DNA of 64,000 nucleotides from positions 39,744,001-39,808,000 of the forward strand of contig CM052816.1 of assembly GCA_028534125.1 (NCBI GenBank), given 5' to 3'. The DNA comes from Lama glama. Lineage: Eukaryota. The notes beneath the pieces were generated by a model. The model had not been told where the DNA came from and did not search any database. It saw only the letters and a list, made by a program, of their open reading frames with translations. Shown piece by piece: positions 37,913 to 51,889 of this stretch. Made by a program: the position numbers and the translations under genes. The first letter of the stretch is position 1; each line of letters starts with the position of its first letter.

Positions 37913-40019
37913 TTCTCTTCTATATTAGAAGGCAACTAAAAAAAGATTATCAGCATGATAATTATATAGTTTCACAAATAACATAGATAACTTGGAATTT
38001 CACATTTTGGAAGCATCTATTTAACTTATAAACTTCAATGTTGCAAAGTTGTGTTTTATTGGAGTTTCATGATTCATGTCCTTCTCTAAACTCTCTATAG
38101 CTTTAATTACATTCAGAATACTAAGGTTGGCTGGTTGTCAGAAAAAAATGTTCAGTAAAGAGTTTTGCAGGGAGGGCATATAAGTATAATTCATTTATTC
38201 TGTTAAAGTTCCAAATGTTCAAAGAGTATTCCATATGTAATATAAATATTTAGAACTATCTGCCTGTGATAACAAACTAGATCCACATTTTCTACAAAAT
38301 TGCCAGGAAGTCCTGCCATTATCTCATGGTACCTATTTTGAAATACCTCAAAGGACTTCCAGGTTATCTCACATTTGAATATGAATCTTATGCCCACTCT
38401 ACTACTGTTCAAGGTGCCACCAGCCAGGAAAGTCAGATCATCACAAGAGAACCTTCTGAAACAAAACTCCATTACTTTTAGAGAGCCAGACCACCTGGTC
38501 TCTATTGCTTTGAGTTACATCTCTTCTTTGTCTGCTTTGCTGTAAACTATGTGAAAACCACAGTCATCTGATGAAGAAAGGGGTAGGCTATATTGTCAGT
38601 TTTTCTGGACCAGAGTCTTCATTTACCATAGTCCTCAAACGGAAGAGTCCTGACGTCACCCTGGTAGTCCAATACTAACCATCTCTTGACAAAGTCTCCT
38701 AGTGACACTCATCAGTCTAACTAACGTAGGTCTATAATAATTCCTCTAGGTCATGGGGATTCTTCAATAAATGTTTTTCAATGGTACACTCTGTCAAGTA
38801 AACTCATGAAAAAAAAATCCCAGTGAAGTATAGTTATTCAGTTAAAAATTTTAGTTCAGACACATACTAATTTTCCTTAAGGTCACAGATGTAAGTAGGT
38901 AAGAATGATTCCCAGCATCTGCCATTGGCTGAGCAGAACCATGAGTCCCTTGCAATCTGAGCCCTCCCTTGGACCTCAGGGTAAGCCTGCCACCAGACTC
39001 ATCCCATTACTTGATGGGGATATTTGACCTCAGAGGATCCAGCTGTTTGTAGTCATCCAACTTTAACGATGAGAACTCTACTTCATCAGACATATTTAAG
39101 TAATTTGGGTTTTGGTTTTTGTTTTGCATTTAAACTGGTCTTATTTCTCAATCTTGTTGATGAAGAGAAACTCAATTCTGATACCTCAGAGTTAGTCATT
39201 TTCCATATTAAATATTAGTCAGTTACATGTTAATTAATTACCTTTAACATAAATACATAGTTCTGCCGTTTCTCTCCATTCTTTTCCTTCAGCCATAGAT
39301 TCTAAGGTCTTAAATGTCTTACATGCTACAGCGATGATCTAGCTTCTACCTTCCTTCATCTATTCACTACAGTTTCTTCACAGACCTACTGAAAGTTTTC
39401 TGGCTTAATTGTCTTTTTTGGGTACTTTGCTTATACAACATGCTGAAGGCCATGGTCCCTGTTACTGAGGTGTTACTATGTGTCCTTCTCAGCTCATTCT
39501 TTGTCCCTTTCACACAGGCTTTCTGTAGCCCACTCTAAGATATGTAGAAAATTTCTGATTCCATTTATACCACATCCAGTCCATGGTTAGAAAAGGTTCA
39601 CTCTTCAGTCCATCTGTCTAGACAGTTTCTGCAATAGCCTCAAAAATGCACCTGTATTTCCCCAAATTATGTCCTAGCAATGAGAAATAAACACCTCTGA
39701 CTTGGGATGCCCCCCACAAAGATTTGACTGTCCTTTCCTATCCAGCCTCGTCTGACCAAGTTTAATACCATTCAAAATGGGGCACAGAAAGAAGTAGACT
39801 TAACTTCAGCATATTAATTCTTTGGTCTTTGCCTTTATCCCTTGGAAAATGAACCTTATTTAAAAAAATTGTTGGAGACCTGGTTCTTAATATCCTCCTT
39901 TTATACTAAACTTCTTGATGAAAGTTGAATTTGCAGTTTGTTGTTCTTGATCTGTATGACTTAATCGTAACTTTAAAATAAAACTTCTTCAATGCCAATA
40001 ATATCGATAGAAGTCCTTT

Positions 40020-40556
40020 ATAATCAAAATTGTGCAAATTCTTGGGATATATTTACCATGTTTAAATGAGGTTGAAAATTTGTCTTTTCTATAGCCCTAA
40101 ATATAAAACGAATGTCCAACATTCCATATTTATATAAATAAATGATTGAATAAACACTAAATTGAGGATGAGACACATAACTCATGTAGAATAACTCCAA
40201 GTTATTTATGTAAGTACTCCATCACTCTCAAGGTGATAGAAAATAACTCCTCACCTCTTAAATGTGAGCTGCTCACAACATGGAAAGAGAGAAAAAGAGT
40301 ATCTTTTCATTGGAGACACTTGACAAACACCTCAGTTAGGTGATCGAGGTCAACATCGACATTAGTAAGTCATGGTGATAATACGAACCTTTGACATGTA
40401 ATGAAAATGGCCCTTTCTCTCTATGGTTTTCATCCCCAAAACATGTAAGCCCCGCCAAATTATGAGAAAAACATCAAACAAATTCCAATTGAAGGAAATG
40501 CCACAAATTATCTGACCAGTAATCCTCAAAACTGTCAAGGTCATCAAAAACAAGCA
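40020..40556 (+). mobile_element. Old L1 3'UTR fragment (L1MC/L1MD-type)
   Basis: 'aggtgatcgaggtcaacatc…agtaagtcatggtgata…gagaaaaacatcaaacaaattccaattgaagga…tgaccagtaatcctcaaaactgtcaaggtcatcaaaaacaag' is diagnostic of L1MC/MD 3'UTRs. Confidence 0.85.
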
Positions 40557-41584
40557 TGTTTTGGAGAATGGTGGAAGAAAGGGGAGCTGTGAATAATCTG
40601 ACACGTTGAGAGCATTCAAGTCATTCGGTTGAGTAGTGACATTTAAGGTGGAAAAGAGTATAGTTTATATTAGTTTGGCAGGGACCAAACGGTGATCCTT
40701 TATATACTATTCCCAGAGGTTTGAGCTTCTTTTCTTATGGAGCTGGCTCTCATGGTTAAGCTGCAGTCTATTGTGCAGAGATATATGGATTAGAAAACAC
40801 AGCAGAAGTAGTAGGCTGAAGCAAATTGATTAAGAGATGATAAGTATGTGGAATATAACTGAATTATCTGACTTTTTCCCTTTCTCAAAGGTTTCTACTT
40901 CAGTTTGAGTAAACATGTTTATCTCTTCATTGTACACGGCTGAGTAATTTCTCAAATGGTATCTCATCTGAAGTCTTTTCTCCTGGATCTACTTTTTAGA
41001 GTCTGCTGGACAGGGACTGTCACATTTCCACGCCAACCCCCATTATCCCTGACTGCAGTGTTAGCCTTATAGAACTAAGCATACAAGCAGTACGTCCTAT
41101 TGTTACTCACATAACAGATAAGCTTTAGGACAATAAGTTTGCATGCATATGTAAACTAACAATTTTTTTGTAATTTGTACTATTTACCTGATATGAACAG
41201 TTTTGGCTATTTTTAAATTATTCTCAGGTTGAAAGTAATCTTTACTTTCAAATGTTAAAAAAAATTAATGGGATAATACTTAGACTTCTGTTGTTACACT
41301 AATAAAATGACAACAAATGTTAGGGCTTACCCAGCAAAAAAAAAAAATTCCTGGCCTTTTTTATCCAACTCTTTCAACACAACAGCTATCTCTTTGTTAC
41401 CCTCTTAGTTTATAAGTCATATTACTGCATACTGAACTAGGTTTTAAAGCAATGATAGCTTAACAAAAGACGCTATACTTGATATGGACTTAGGATATTA
41501 CGTGTTCATACATTTTTAAACAGGTCTACTGGTCCATGAACAAGGGATATTTGTTTTGTTTTCAAGTTCGGCTATACTTATGTA

Positions 41585-41697
41585 TCTGCAGGCAAGACAT
41601 TTCATCTCTGTGCTCCTTAAATAACACATTTATAAGGGAAAAGGTGTAAACTAGATGACTTTTCAGTTTTCTTCTTATTTTAATATTTTATGATGTG
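41585..41697 (+). mobile_element. MIR3/MIRc fragment
   Basis: 'ggcaagacatttcatctctgtgctcc…aactagatgacttttcag…aatattttatgat'. Confidence 0.5.
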
Positions 41698-42657
41698 TTT
41701 AATGAATAACAAAAAGATCCATTTTGGTCATTGTGATAAGAGATTAGTAATCTTTTAACATATTTATTTTTAGCCAATTTTTGATACATGTAATTTTAAG
41801 GCCACAGTTAATTGATAAGTTTACATCATTATCAGGCTTAATCATGCTGAGTGAAATGTAAATATTGAGATTAGTTTTCTTCCTGTAACTGAATTCATTG
41901 GCAGTCTTATTTCACAATGTATCTCAAGGCTATTATCAATATACCTGATCAAGACAATGAAGTACTCCATGATGGAAAAAACTAAGTATATTAGACAAAC
42001 CTATGCTTTTATTTGCCCTTTTTTTGTACAAAATATTCTCCAAAGATTACTGGTTAACTCTTACAGAAGACACAATTTAACAGAAATGTAGCTGTAGATT
42101 TGGTAAGAAAATATCAAAAAAAATTTGTAAGTATCTAAGAAAATAAAACAATTTCCTTAATTACATGGAGAAGAGTTTGCACTGGAGATTTCATTTCGTT
42201 AAAACAAATTAAACTTAGTGTTCTTTCCAGAGTGGGTAAAAAAAGAACAGTCATATTAGTTCTGGAAGTACTGGGACTATCTTTTGACACAAAACTATCG
42301 AGCTGCTGTTAGGGTCATACTGATGCTTCAGAAAATATTAAAAAACTAGCATCAGAATTCAAGGACCATGATAAGGGAATTTCCTTCTCTCACTCTTTCC
42401 CTCACCTTCTCCTCATGAGATGGCTTGTATTACCACACAAAACCAGCCACCATTGATTGGCTATTCCAAACATCAAGCAACAGAGCATAGGAGGGAGCTT
42501 AAGTCATGACATTTACAAACCGACCAAGTCAGAGAGTACATTGATTCTGTTCCCTGTAATCTTAGACCAACTAAGGAGCAATCTTCATTGTGATAAATGT
42601 CTATTATTTTCTACCTACCAAATTTCCATTCTATTTTTGACAAAAAGTCTATCATAC

Positions 42658-43091
42658 TGTGGGGAACCATTCTCCCCACTCTGAGTATAGGGTTCCTTAC
42701 AAAATTGACATTGACTCTAATTCCAGTTCCTGGGTTGGATCAAGAGTCAGACTTAAGCCAACAGCACATCCTTGTTGCCTAAATTCATGAATTGGTACAC
42801 AGACCAGTGTGGGCTACTTACTGTCAGGCCTACAATTTCACTGAAACTTTCAGTAAGCAAAATCTCTTTTCTGCATGGATGGCTGGAAAAAATAAGATGT
42901 AGGCTGGTGCTGCTGCAGCCAACTTCCCTAGGAAGTCATAATCATCTGCTTGTGAGTGAAGAAAATACAGAGGAAATAACACAACTATGCCTGAACTTTT
43001 CAAACAGAAAAAGAAAATAAACTCCCTTTTGTTTAAGCCACTTAAGTAGGGTGGTTCTAACATTTTGCAAATACAAATTCCTCACTAGTAC
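42658..43091 (+). mobile_element. MLT1G/K-like solo LTR
   Basis: 'gatgtaggctggtgctgctgcagcca…aataaactccctttt gtttaagccacttaagtagggtggttct…ttgcaaa…cctcactagtac' is the MLT1 3' terminus. Confidence 0.7.
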
Positions 43092-44978
43092 TCTTTAGAT
43101 AACTAATATTTATAACTTAACATTTCCATCCTTATTGTGAAATGTATTCATCTAACTGATTTTACTTTGTGTTAATTATTGTTAAATGCAAAATTTTTTC
43201 TAAAGGCCCTTATAATACTCTGTTATTGAAGAATACAAAAAAAACACCCACAAGCACATAGTATATAATCATTGAGAGAGTTTTTCAAGTATTTTAAAAC
43301 TCATTTGGCAGAGAACATATTAATAAAACATTTATTAACTTACATAACTTAAAGAAATGATTATAAATATTTGTTAATAATCAGAAAATAAATTGATTTG
43401 CTGGTGGATTTGAGTTTTAATATAATCCAAAAATTAACATTCTATTTGAAGGAGTATTCTGAATTCAATTATTTATTTCTGAAACATATGAACTTATTTA
43501 GTAGGATTTCATTTCTAAGTAGAAGAATAGTAAAGGGAAAGTGCATACAATATTATCTAGTGAAGCATTAACATACACAGTCTCCAAAGGGGGAAAAAAA
43601 AAAGAAAACCTCCAACTGATTCTTTCTGCCTTGAGAAATAGCACTTTTATTATAATGTAGCAGAAACTGAGCTACATATAAAACCTTCCAGCCATAGAGA
43701 ACATTATTTAACACTGAACTTGAAATAGTATCTGAATCCTGCCAACACAGAATTTTTCCCATATTTTAACTATTGTAGCTTTTTCAGCTTCAAAGAAAAC
43801 ACATCCTCAGCAACCCCCATTATGGACCTTTCCTTGGGATGGAGTGAAACTGACACACTAATGGAAGGAATAGTTGTAAGTTGTTACTGAGTAGCCTGGG
43901 GCTAAAAAGCCAGTGCTGGACAAACTCCTATTATCTACCCTCTCCAAAAATAAGTACGAAGCCAAACGATTATTCATGCTCTTCACTTCAGAATTATGTA
44001 GGCAAAGCTAAGGAAGTGAAGGTCCTTGATTTAGTTTTTAAAAGTCTTTGAATCATGTCAATAAGCTTGAAATACCAAGAAAAACGGGATACATGTCAAG
44101 CATTAAGAGAATCTCAAACCAAAAATGTATCCATTATCATAACATGGTTTCCTCATGTATTACATGTTTCTCAACGTCTCAGGCAATTCTACACCAGGAA
44201 CATCCCAGCTTCTTGCTTTTTAAAAACCCTGATTTGTGATCTACTGTGGTTCCAGAAACTCTGCATCTCTTGGGGTGGAGGATGTGAATTGTTGTTATAA
44301 ACCCTGAGGAAATTCTTATTCCATCGACTCAGAAGTGACTAAGTCAGCTGCACTGTCCTGATTTTGTACCAACTTTACCTTCAACTTCTAGAAAGCCCAC
44401 ACTCAAACAACCTGCTGTTCAGAGTCTGTCTTTTAAAAACCAAATTAGGTCTTTTGTACATCAACTGATGAAAGTTAAAATTATTACATCATGATGTTGC
44501 TTATTATCCAAGAGTTTGCTCAGACAGTATCAATATCTTTGTCTTTGAATGTTTTAAAATACATTCAATATATATTTGAATATTTATTTGCATTTTCCCT
44601 TATATAGTAAAATGGTAGAAGAGGGAAATAAAAACTATTTGCGAAAAAATATTCTATGTGCAAAAGGATAAAAAACAGTATATATTCCAAAAAGAGTGAT
44701 ACTTTAACCTCACCCTGAAACTTGTATTATGTTCAAAAATAAAATCAGTGATTAAAGCACATGCTAGAAATATATCTTTCATGTTTCTATTTAACAGGCA
44801 GATATATTTGGTGATTTCATAAAGCATTTGTTTCTTGGTGTTGAAAACTCATTTTTTTTCACTTTTGGCAACTTTATATTTTATACAAATATTTTATATT
44901 TTATTTCAGATGTCTTTTTCTTCAAAATATGTTATGTAAGAAAGTGGAGAATCATCTGTATATTTAATATTGAGACTA

Positions 44979-46330
44979 TTCATTCAGTTATTTACGCCTT
45001 GGACAAAAACGTCTGCTAAGCATCTGTCTGTTTTAGAAGTGGGATGAACTACAGTAACAAACCAGAAGAAAGGCCCTGTACACACAGAGCTTGCATTCTG
45101 ATTAGGAAAATGCAGGCATTAAACAATCACCTGAATTGCTATCAGGTCTGATATATGCTAGGAAGAGGGAAAAAACAAACCAAGACATTCTGTAGTGGGT
45201 AGACTCTGTGATGAGAATACTTTGAGTAGAGACCTAAAACAAGTGAGGGAGGGACTCATGTGTACATTCCAGGAATAACAGAGACAAAAGCTTGTGAGAC
45301 AGGGAATTTCACAGCATGACTGAGGGACAGCAGGGAGGGAGGCCAGTGTAGCTAGAAGAAGGTGAACAAGAGGGTGGAGAAGAAGATTATGAAGTAAGGG
45401 GGTATAGGAGACCAGCTCACAGAGCAACCAAGAGTCCATGATGAGAACACTGATTTTCACTAGTCTGAGTGAGATGGAAAGCTACTGGAAAATTTGGAGC
45501 AAAGTGAAAATTTAAATTTGATATATATATTTTTTAAGATTTCTGTGGTAACTGAGTGGAGAGTAGCCTGGATAAGTGCAAAGATGAAGGTAGGAAGACC
45601 TGTTATGAGATTATTGAAAGAATCCAAGTGAAAAATACTGCTGGCTTACATGGGTGGTTACAGTAGAGATAGTGAGAAATGGGTTCTGGATACTTTCTGT
45701 AACATTATTTTGAAAAACTGCTGATGAATTAGATGTGCAATGTGGAAAAAGGTAAATGATGTCTTTCATAATTTTTCTCTATACATCTTAAAGATGGGAG
45801 TTGCCAGTTACTGACATAAGGAACATAGTCAGCCTAATAAGATAACTTGGGGGATGCGGGCGGCATGGTACAAAACATTTCATTGCAGACATGTTACATG
45901 TGAGATGCCTATTCAACAAAGGTGGAGATGCCCGGTAGACTAATAGTTGCATGAATGGTTTTTCAGGGGGAGAGTTTGGGATGGAAATAAAACTTTGTGA
46001 TCAGCCTCAAATAAATTATATTTAAAACCAAGAGATGAGACATACTCACCCAGGTAGTTAATGATGATAGAGAAGATATCCAAGAATTGATCCTGGATAA
46101 TCTAAAGTTTAGAACTTTAAAAACATGAGGCGAAATCCTTAAAGGAAACAGAGAAGAAATAAATACCAGGTTGAAGAGAAAAAAGAGTGATGTATCTCAG
46201 TAGTCAAGGACCAAGATGATGAGGAAAGAGTCAAAAGTGCTGTTGAGGCTTCCACGTCTAAGTTACTGGGAGACTGGTGACAACACTATTTATGACACTG
46301 GGCAAAGGAGAGGAGAAATCTGTAACATAT
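44979..46330 (-). mobile_element. L2 (L2a-like) 3' ~1.3 kb
   Basis: Starts 'ttcattcagttattt'. Contains 'acagcagggaggga ggccagtgtagctaga', 'tgagtgagatggaaagctactgga', 'gagttgccagttactgacataagg' and 'gacatgttacatgtgagatgcctatt'. Confidence 0.88.
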
Positions 46331-47070
46331 CTGGAGGACAAACCCAAAGACAACATGTCTCTTTCTCAGGGCTCAGGACGCCTTTCATTTGATGTGCCAA
46401 TACAACCTAGCAAAGACAGCAGTTATTATCAAAATCTGTTGACTAAGAGGTGTCAAGTCAGCAAATGTTCCTTTGATAAAATTAGGTCATGATTTATGTG
46501 ATAGATAATGGGCGGATAGCAGTATCTTAACTAATATGTAAAGCTGAATTTTTGCATACTATAGTATCCTTGCTTCAGTCGCATCCTTTTATCTCCTCTA
46601 CTTTGGATCTGTTACACAAAGATAGATAGGACTATTACTGATTGTTCTACTTTGAATTAGAATGCCTTTGGTAGTAGTTCAGATACAAAACAACAGAAAG
46701 GAAGTAAGTGTTGGCATTTAAAAATGGACACTTTCATACAAAAAAAAAGAGCACTTTGAAAGTATACAACAATTAACATTTTTTAAAGGTGATTCCTGAA
46801 ATTTTAAAGATATTTAATTGCAAAATGTCAGTAGCACATGTGGTGGGATTTGACTGATAAACAGGTACAAGCCAAATGAGCCTTACTAGACTTTCACTGT
46901 TTTCTAAGTACAGAGAACTGGTTTACCCACGCACTACTGGGGCAGTAACGTGGGTTATAAAACCACTAACAGTGAAAAGCGTCACTCCCGCTCCCAAGTT
47001 TACTGATTACATTACTTAGAGTGGCAGGAATTTTCAAATGCTATTTTGTGAGTTTAAATAGTCCCTTGGA

Positions 47071-47083
47071 ATCTTAAAAAAAA

Positions 47084-47132
<49 letters not shown>

Positions 47133-47389
47133 CAGAAACAGACTCAGAGACATAGAACACAGACTTGTGGTTGCCAGGGGGATGGATAAACAAGATTGTA
47201 CTGTGTAGCACAGGGAAATATATATAGGATCTTGTGGTGGCTCACAGCGAAATAGAATGTGACAATGAATGTTTGTATGTTTACGTATAACTGAAAAATT
47301 GTGCTCTACACTGGAATTTGACACAACATTGTAAAATGACTATAACTCAATAAAAAAAGTTTACAAATCAATCAATCAATCAATCAATC
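47071..47389 (+). mobile_element. Young L1 3' end with internal (CA)n, internal deletion, (AATC)n tail and perfect 14-bp TSD
   Basis: TSD aatagtcccttgga at 47057-47070 and 47390-47403. Body 'aaacagaaacagactcagagacatagaacacagacttgtggttgcc…gtgtagcacagggaaatatat…gacacaacattgtaaaatgactataactcaataaaa'. Confidence 0.95.
47088..47129. repeat. (CA)~21 microsatellite
   Basis: Seen directly. Confidence 0.97.
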
Positions 47390-48003
47390 AATAGTCCCTT
47401 GGATTTCTTGATCAAATTTCCAAAAATTTCACTTAGGAAAATAAAATGTCAGTGCTTCCCACAGAGGAGTAAGGATTTTGAATGAGAACAGCAAGGACTG
47501 GGTTTATTAACTCACACTTTAGCACAGCTGACTCTGTGCTCCCACGTATCTGCAAGCTGGCTATTACTCAAGCACTTTCTAGCAAGCTCTGACCTGTACT
47601 GAGCTCTAAAGAAGTTTTTCCAGTTTCTTACTGATATTTTCAAGTAAGATTTCATCCCGAACTCAATACAAAAAAAAAAATTATTTCCCTCCTTCCAAAA
47701 TAACCTTCATTTGATCATTTCCTCATATAATAAAATCAACAACATCCCTGGGTCTTTTGCTTAAAATTTTAGCATCTTTGATTTCTCCATTTCCTGTTGG
47801 TACCCTACACGTCTTCCAAAAGAATTCTTACCAGTTACTTCATTCAATTTACTAGAAACTCTCTTTAATTTAAAAACTAATTTCAATGGCCTTTTATCAT
47901 ATTATAAACGTATTGTATGTTACTTGTGGAGGATTTAGAAAATGCAGATAAGCCAAGAGATAAAAGTAATGCTTACTCATAATTCCACAAACCAGAGAGA
48001 ATT

Positions 48004-48051
48004 ACCATTAACATTATGCTGTTCATCACCATTAACATTATGCTGTTCATC
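48004..48051. repeat. Perfect 24-bp tandem duplication (accattaacattatgctgttcatc x2)
   Basis: 48004-48027 is identical to 48028-48051. Confidence 0.95.
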
Positions 48052-50138
48052 AGTGCAATATTTAATATTCATATTAATGTATAAAATTTATAGAATCATT
48101 GTATATATTGGTTTAACCTGGTTTTCAATGTTCTATAAACATATTTCATTGCACTGATTCCCATTCCAAGATAGCCTCCTTTCTGCTTAGTTAAGAGGAG
48201 CCACAATTTCCTCATTTTAAAAGTGTTTACTTAAAAATGACCTTTACACTAGCAACATAATACTCCATTAAGTAAATGGATCACATTTCACCTAGTTCGT
48301 CCCTATTGATAAGCTTACAAACTATTTTGTGACTTTTCGTACCATAAACAATGTATAGAAGATCATTATTTCAGCCAAATGTTTCCACTAGGATTTCCTT
48401 ACGATCCCTAAGGGGACTTGCTAAAGGGATGACCATTTTTGTGGCACCTGAAATGGACTGTGCAGGCACCTAGTTAGCTCACCATTCCTTGCCGAGAGAT
48501 TATATACTCTTCAACACGATGTTTGAGGTTTTTAGCCATTTGGTTTCAACTAGTCAGTAGCTTTTCCAGTCTTGTGCCCACTGGAATTGTATCCACTCAC
48601 AAAGCTACAATCCAGTTATTAAGCCTTTTGGTTCTTTTGATTCAACTCTGTTTTTCTGCCTCGTGTTTCAAACATGTCCGGGTTTTCAATGCCACTGAAA
48701 GACCAGACTTCTGTGAAACTTTACTGTGCATTTCTGTGTTTTCCTGGACAACACTTTTGCTCCCCTCTTCAAATTTCTGTGATGCTTCTAATAAACACTT
48801 TGGATGAACCTCCGTGCAATAAAAGTGTTGAGACTGTATTTTCATTCTCTCCATGGTGCCTCGTAAGAGGCCTAGGACCGAGAATGGTGTAGATACACCT
48901 GCACATCCCAAGATGCCCTGCTCAAAGAACTGGTAGATATCTGATGATTTGTATTATATCAAATATCTCCTGTAATTGTAGCTTCAACCTTGAGGAGCAT
49001 GGTTTGGGTGTCTGTGATATATGCTAAATGTTACACAATCAAGAGTTTTTTACATTTTTACAGAATAATATGAATTTCAATTGTGAAGAGCAACAGGGAG
49101 TATTAAATCATTCCAGCACAACTGAGGGCTCTGTGCACCAATGCACCAGAGAGCTGTGTAATACTCAACATTTCCAACAAGACTGCTTCCCTATTGAATT
49201 CTGGACAAGTCTTAATTGAGCTTTGAGCCAATATTTAAATTAGTGATATCTTTACTCATCAATCTTTATTTCTTATTCACCCATTTGTCCTCAACCGTAA
49301 AACATTTTAAATGCTTGACATATAAATGATTTCATAGAAGTTTATATGGTTATATGAAAGATTCAATACTTCAGAATTTACTGAAATTCTCAAAACTTTG
49401 AAAGTCTATAGCAATGTCAAAGTTGCAAACAAATGAACTATATTTTATATGATATTTTAATTTCTCAATTTGCATAGGATTGGACTGTCTTTCTGGTTAT
49501 AAGTATGTTATTATACTGTGACACAATAAACAGGGTACACATTTTATAAGAAATGCGTGGTTTTTAAAAATATTTGTTTAAATGTCTGTGAGATTTGCAG
49601 TCAAGTCTTATACAGTGACTTCAGCAAAATCAGTATAAAATTATTATTGGATTTAAGACCAAAATTACTTGAACAGAGGTGGTCCATACCTTTTAATATG
49701 GTTTATGGTGTAACAATATTCCCATGATGCTTCTTCTTAAAACTGGAATTTTGCTAAATGCAATTTTCCTATTTGATAGGGCAAGTGTTTAAAAGTCGTC
49801 AGAAAGTAAATCCAAAATATATAACCTCTACCATCTGATTTTTAATAGGTTGTGGTCCATACAAACTATCAGAAGCATAGAGAGTCATTTTGGTAATAAT
49901 TTAACATATTTATTCTTACAGTTTTCTTTTCATAATACTATCCACAAAAATAGAATAAAAGAATAAAGGAAAATTCATCCTTTGTGCATCAATTTTGTTT
50001 GTTATCTTCTAAAATATAAGATACTACTGCCATGGGAGAAGGTACCTGTGATTGCAAAGAACAAGACGCAGGAGTATAACCTCTGCCTGAAACTGGAGTG
50101 AAAATGATGTTGTTAGGCCTCCTCCGATTCCCGTATGT

Positions 50139-50290
50139 TAGTGGTTCTCAACTGGGAACAGCTACAACCCCCAGGAGAAATCTGTCAATGTCTGCAGACA
50201 TATTTGGTTGTCACAAGCGGAGAGTGTTACCGGCATCTGCTGGGTAGAGGCCAGGAATGCTGCTACATCTCCTTCGATGCCAGGATATAT
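50139..50290 (+). mobile_element. MER20 hAT-Charlie element (3'-truncated)
   Basis: 'agtggttctcaactggg…ccccaggagaaatctgtcaatgtctgcagacatatttggttgtcacaa…ggcatctgctgggtagaggccaggaatgctgct'. Confidence 0.92.
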
Positions 50291-50845
50291 AACCGTGTGT
50301 TTACCAGCCCTAAGCCTCTTTTTGTGCATTTCTCCTTCCCCCACCAGGCCGGTAGTTACCCGTCCTTGTGGTTAAGAAACAAAAAGACATCTACTAGATC
50401 CCGTGAAATCTGTGTCATTTCCATTTTTGGTCCAGAGTTATTCAAAACCACAGACATACATATCAAAAAGTAAAAGCAGTCATAAGCCATTTCTTACTTG
50501 ATTTCTCATACACTAATATACCCAAACTCATTTTCTTTTTTGTTTGTTTGTTTGTTTTTTCCTTAGTAGTTCATTTTTAAGAATGAGAAAATAAACTGAA
50601 TGAATATGAAGGAATATTAAAAAGGTCTTAATTTGAAAGAACATTCATTCTGATTGCTGAGTGTTTTTTATACCTCTTGCTATAATAAATGGGAGTGAGA
50701 ATCTATAAGATTAATGATGGTTGCTCAAAGACTCATATTTTCATGCAAATTTCCTAGTTGCCCTAAATTACATCACCTTTAAGATTCAGGCAGCAAACAT
50801 GAGGAAGTAGGACTTTAGAGAAAAGTGAAATCATTTCCTTAGATG

Positions 50846-51065
50846 AAGGGCTGGCAAACTACAACCCTCAGGCCGTGCTCAGCCAGCTACCCAGTTTTGT
50901 AAATAGTTTGAAGAACAGCGACATTAATTCATTAATGTATTGCCCAATGCTACTTTTGTGCTACAGTGCAAATTTTAGTAGTTGCAATAGGAACTATATG
51001 GTCTTTAAAGTTTAAAATATTTACTCTCTGGCCCTATACCAAAAAAAAAAAAAAGTCCACCTCTG
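50846..51065 (+). mobile_element. MER58A MITE
   Basis: 'gggctggcaaactacaacc…tagtagttgcaatagg…aaaatatttactctctggccct…ccacctctg'. Confidence 0.88.
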
Positions 51066-51074
51066 TTCTGCAGT

Positions 51075-51223
51075 CATGGTTTGCAAACATTAAAATGCAG
51101 CTCTTCTGGTCAGAGGGAGCCTGAGGACAGAGGTTTGGAGCCTGAGTGGGTTCTTCTTCCCTTGTAAGTTCTTAGAGTCTATCTGCAAAATCTGAGGACA
51201 ACACACAGTCTGAAAAATCAGTG
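51075..51223. mobile_element. Second hAT-Charlie MITE (MER5/MER117-class) abutting MER58A
   Basis: Charlie-type inverted termini 'catggtttgcaaac' … 'gtctgaaaaatcagtg'. Confidence 0.5.
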
Positions 51224-51889
51224 ACTTAGATCTTTAAGTGCCCTTAAATACTGGTTTTGATGATGCTGTTGATGACAATAATGAAGTAGATGAAAGACAT
51301 TAAACCCCACTGGCCCAAACAACAGTTGAATATGGTTAAGTTCAACAAACACCAGTTATGTGCCAGGTATGTACCAGAGGAGTGTTAACATATTTCTTTC
51401 TCTAGGAGTGGCCATAATCTTTTTTCTTTTTCCTAGGATTTGTACTACTTTTGCTGAATTTCAGTACACAGTAGTTAGACATACAGTTTTGATGGGAAAT
51501 TATCAACGAAGAGATGAGTTAACCCTTTTCCATCTTTTCTTGCTCCTTTTAGTTTTAACATATATTTACCGAACATTCTATTTTTTAGGAATTCCCTGTT
51601 TAAAGAGGCTTTAAAACCTGTTTCCAGGTTAGGCCTTTGTGGATTTTGAGCTGCTCTTTCTGTACTTTTTCTTATAATTTATTTGGTATTCTTGTTATTG
51701 AGATAAGAATGTTAAATCATAAAAAATATACTTCGAATGATTTCTGTCACTGGGGATTTTCAATTTAAGTGCATACACACTGGAGGAGAAGAAAAGGACA
51801 AGGTTAATGTAAACTGGGTATAAGAATCTGTCCAAAGTTACAGGAAAATAGAAACAATGTTATCTATTAAACGGCCTTTCCTCTGACAT

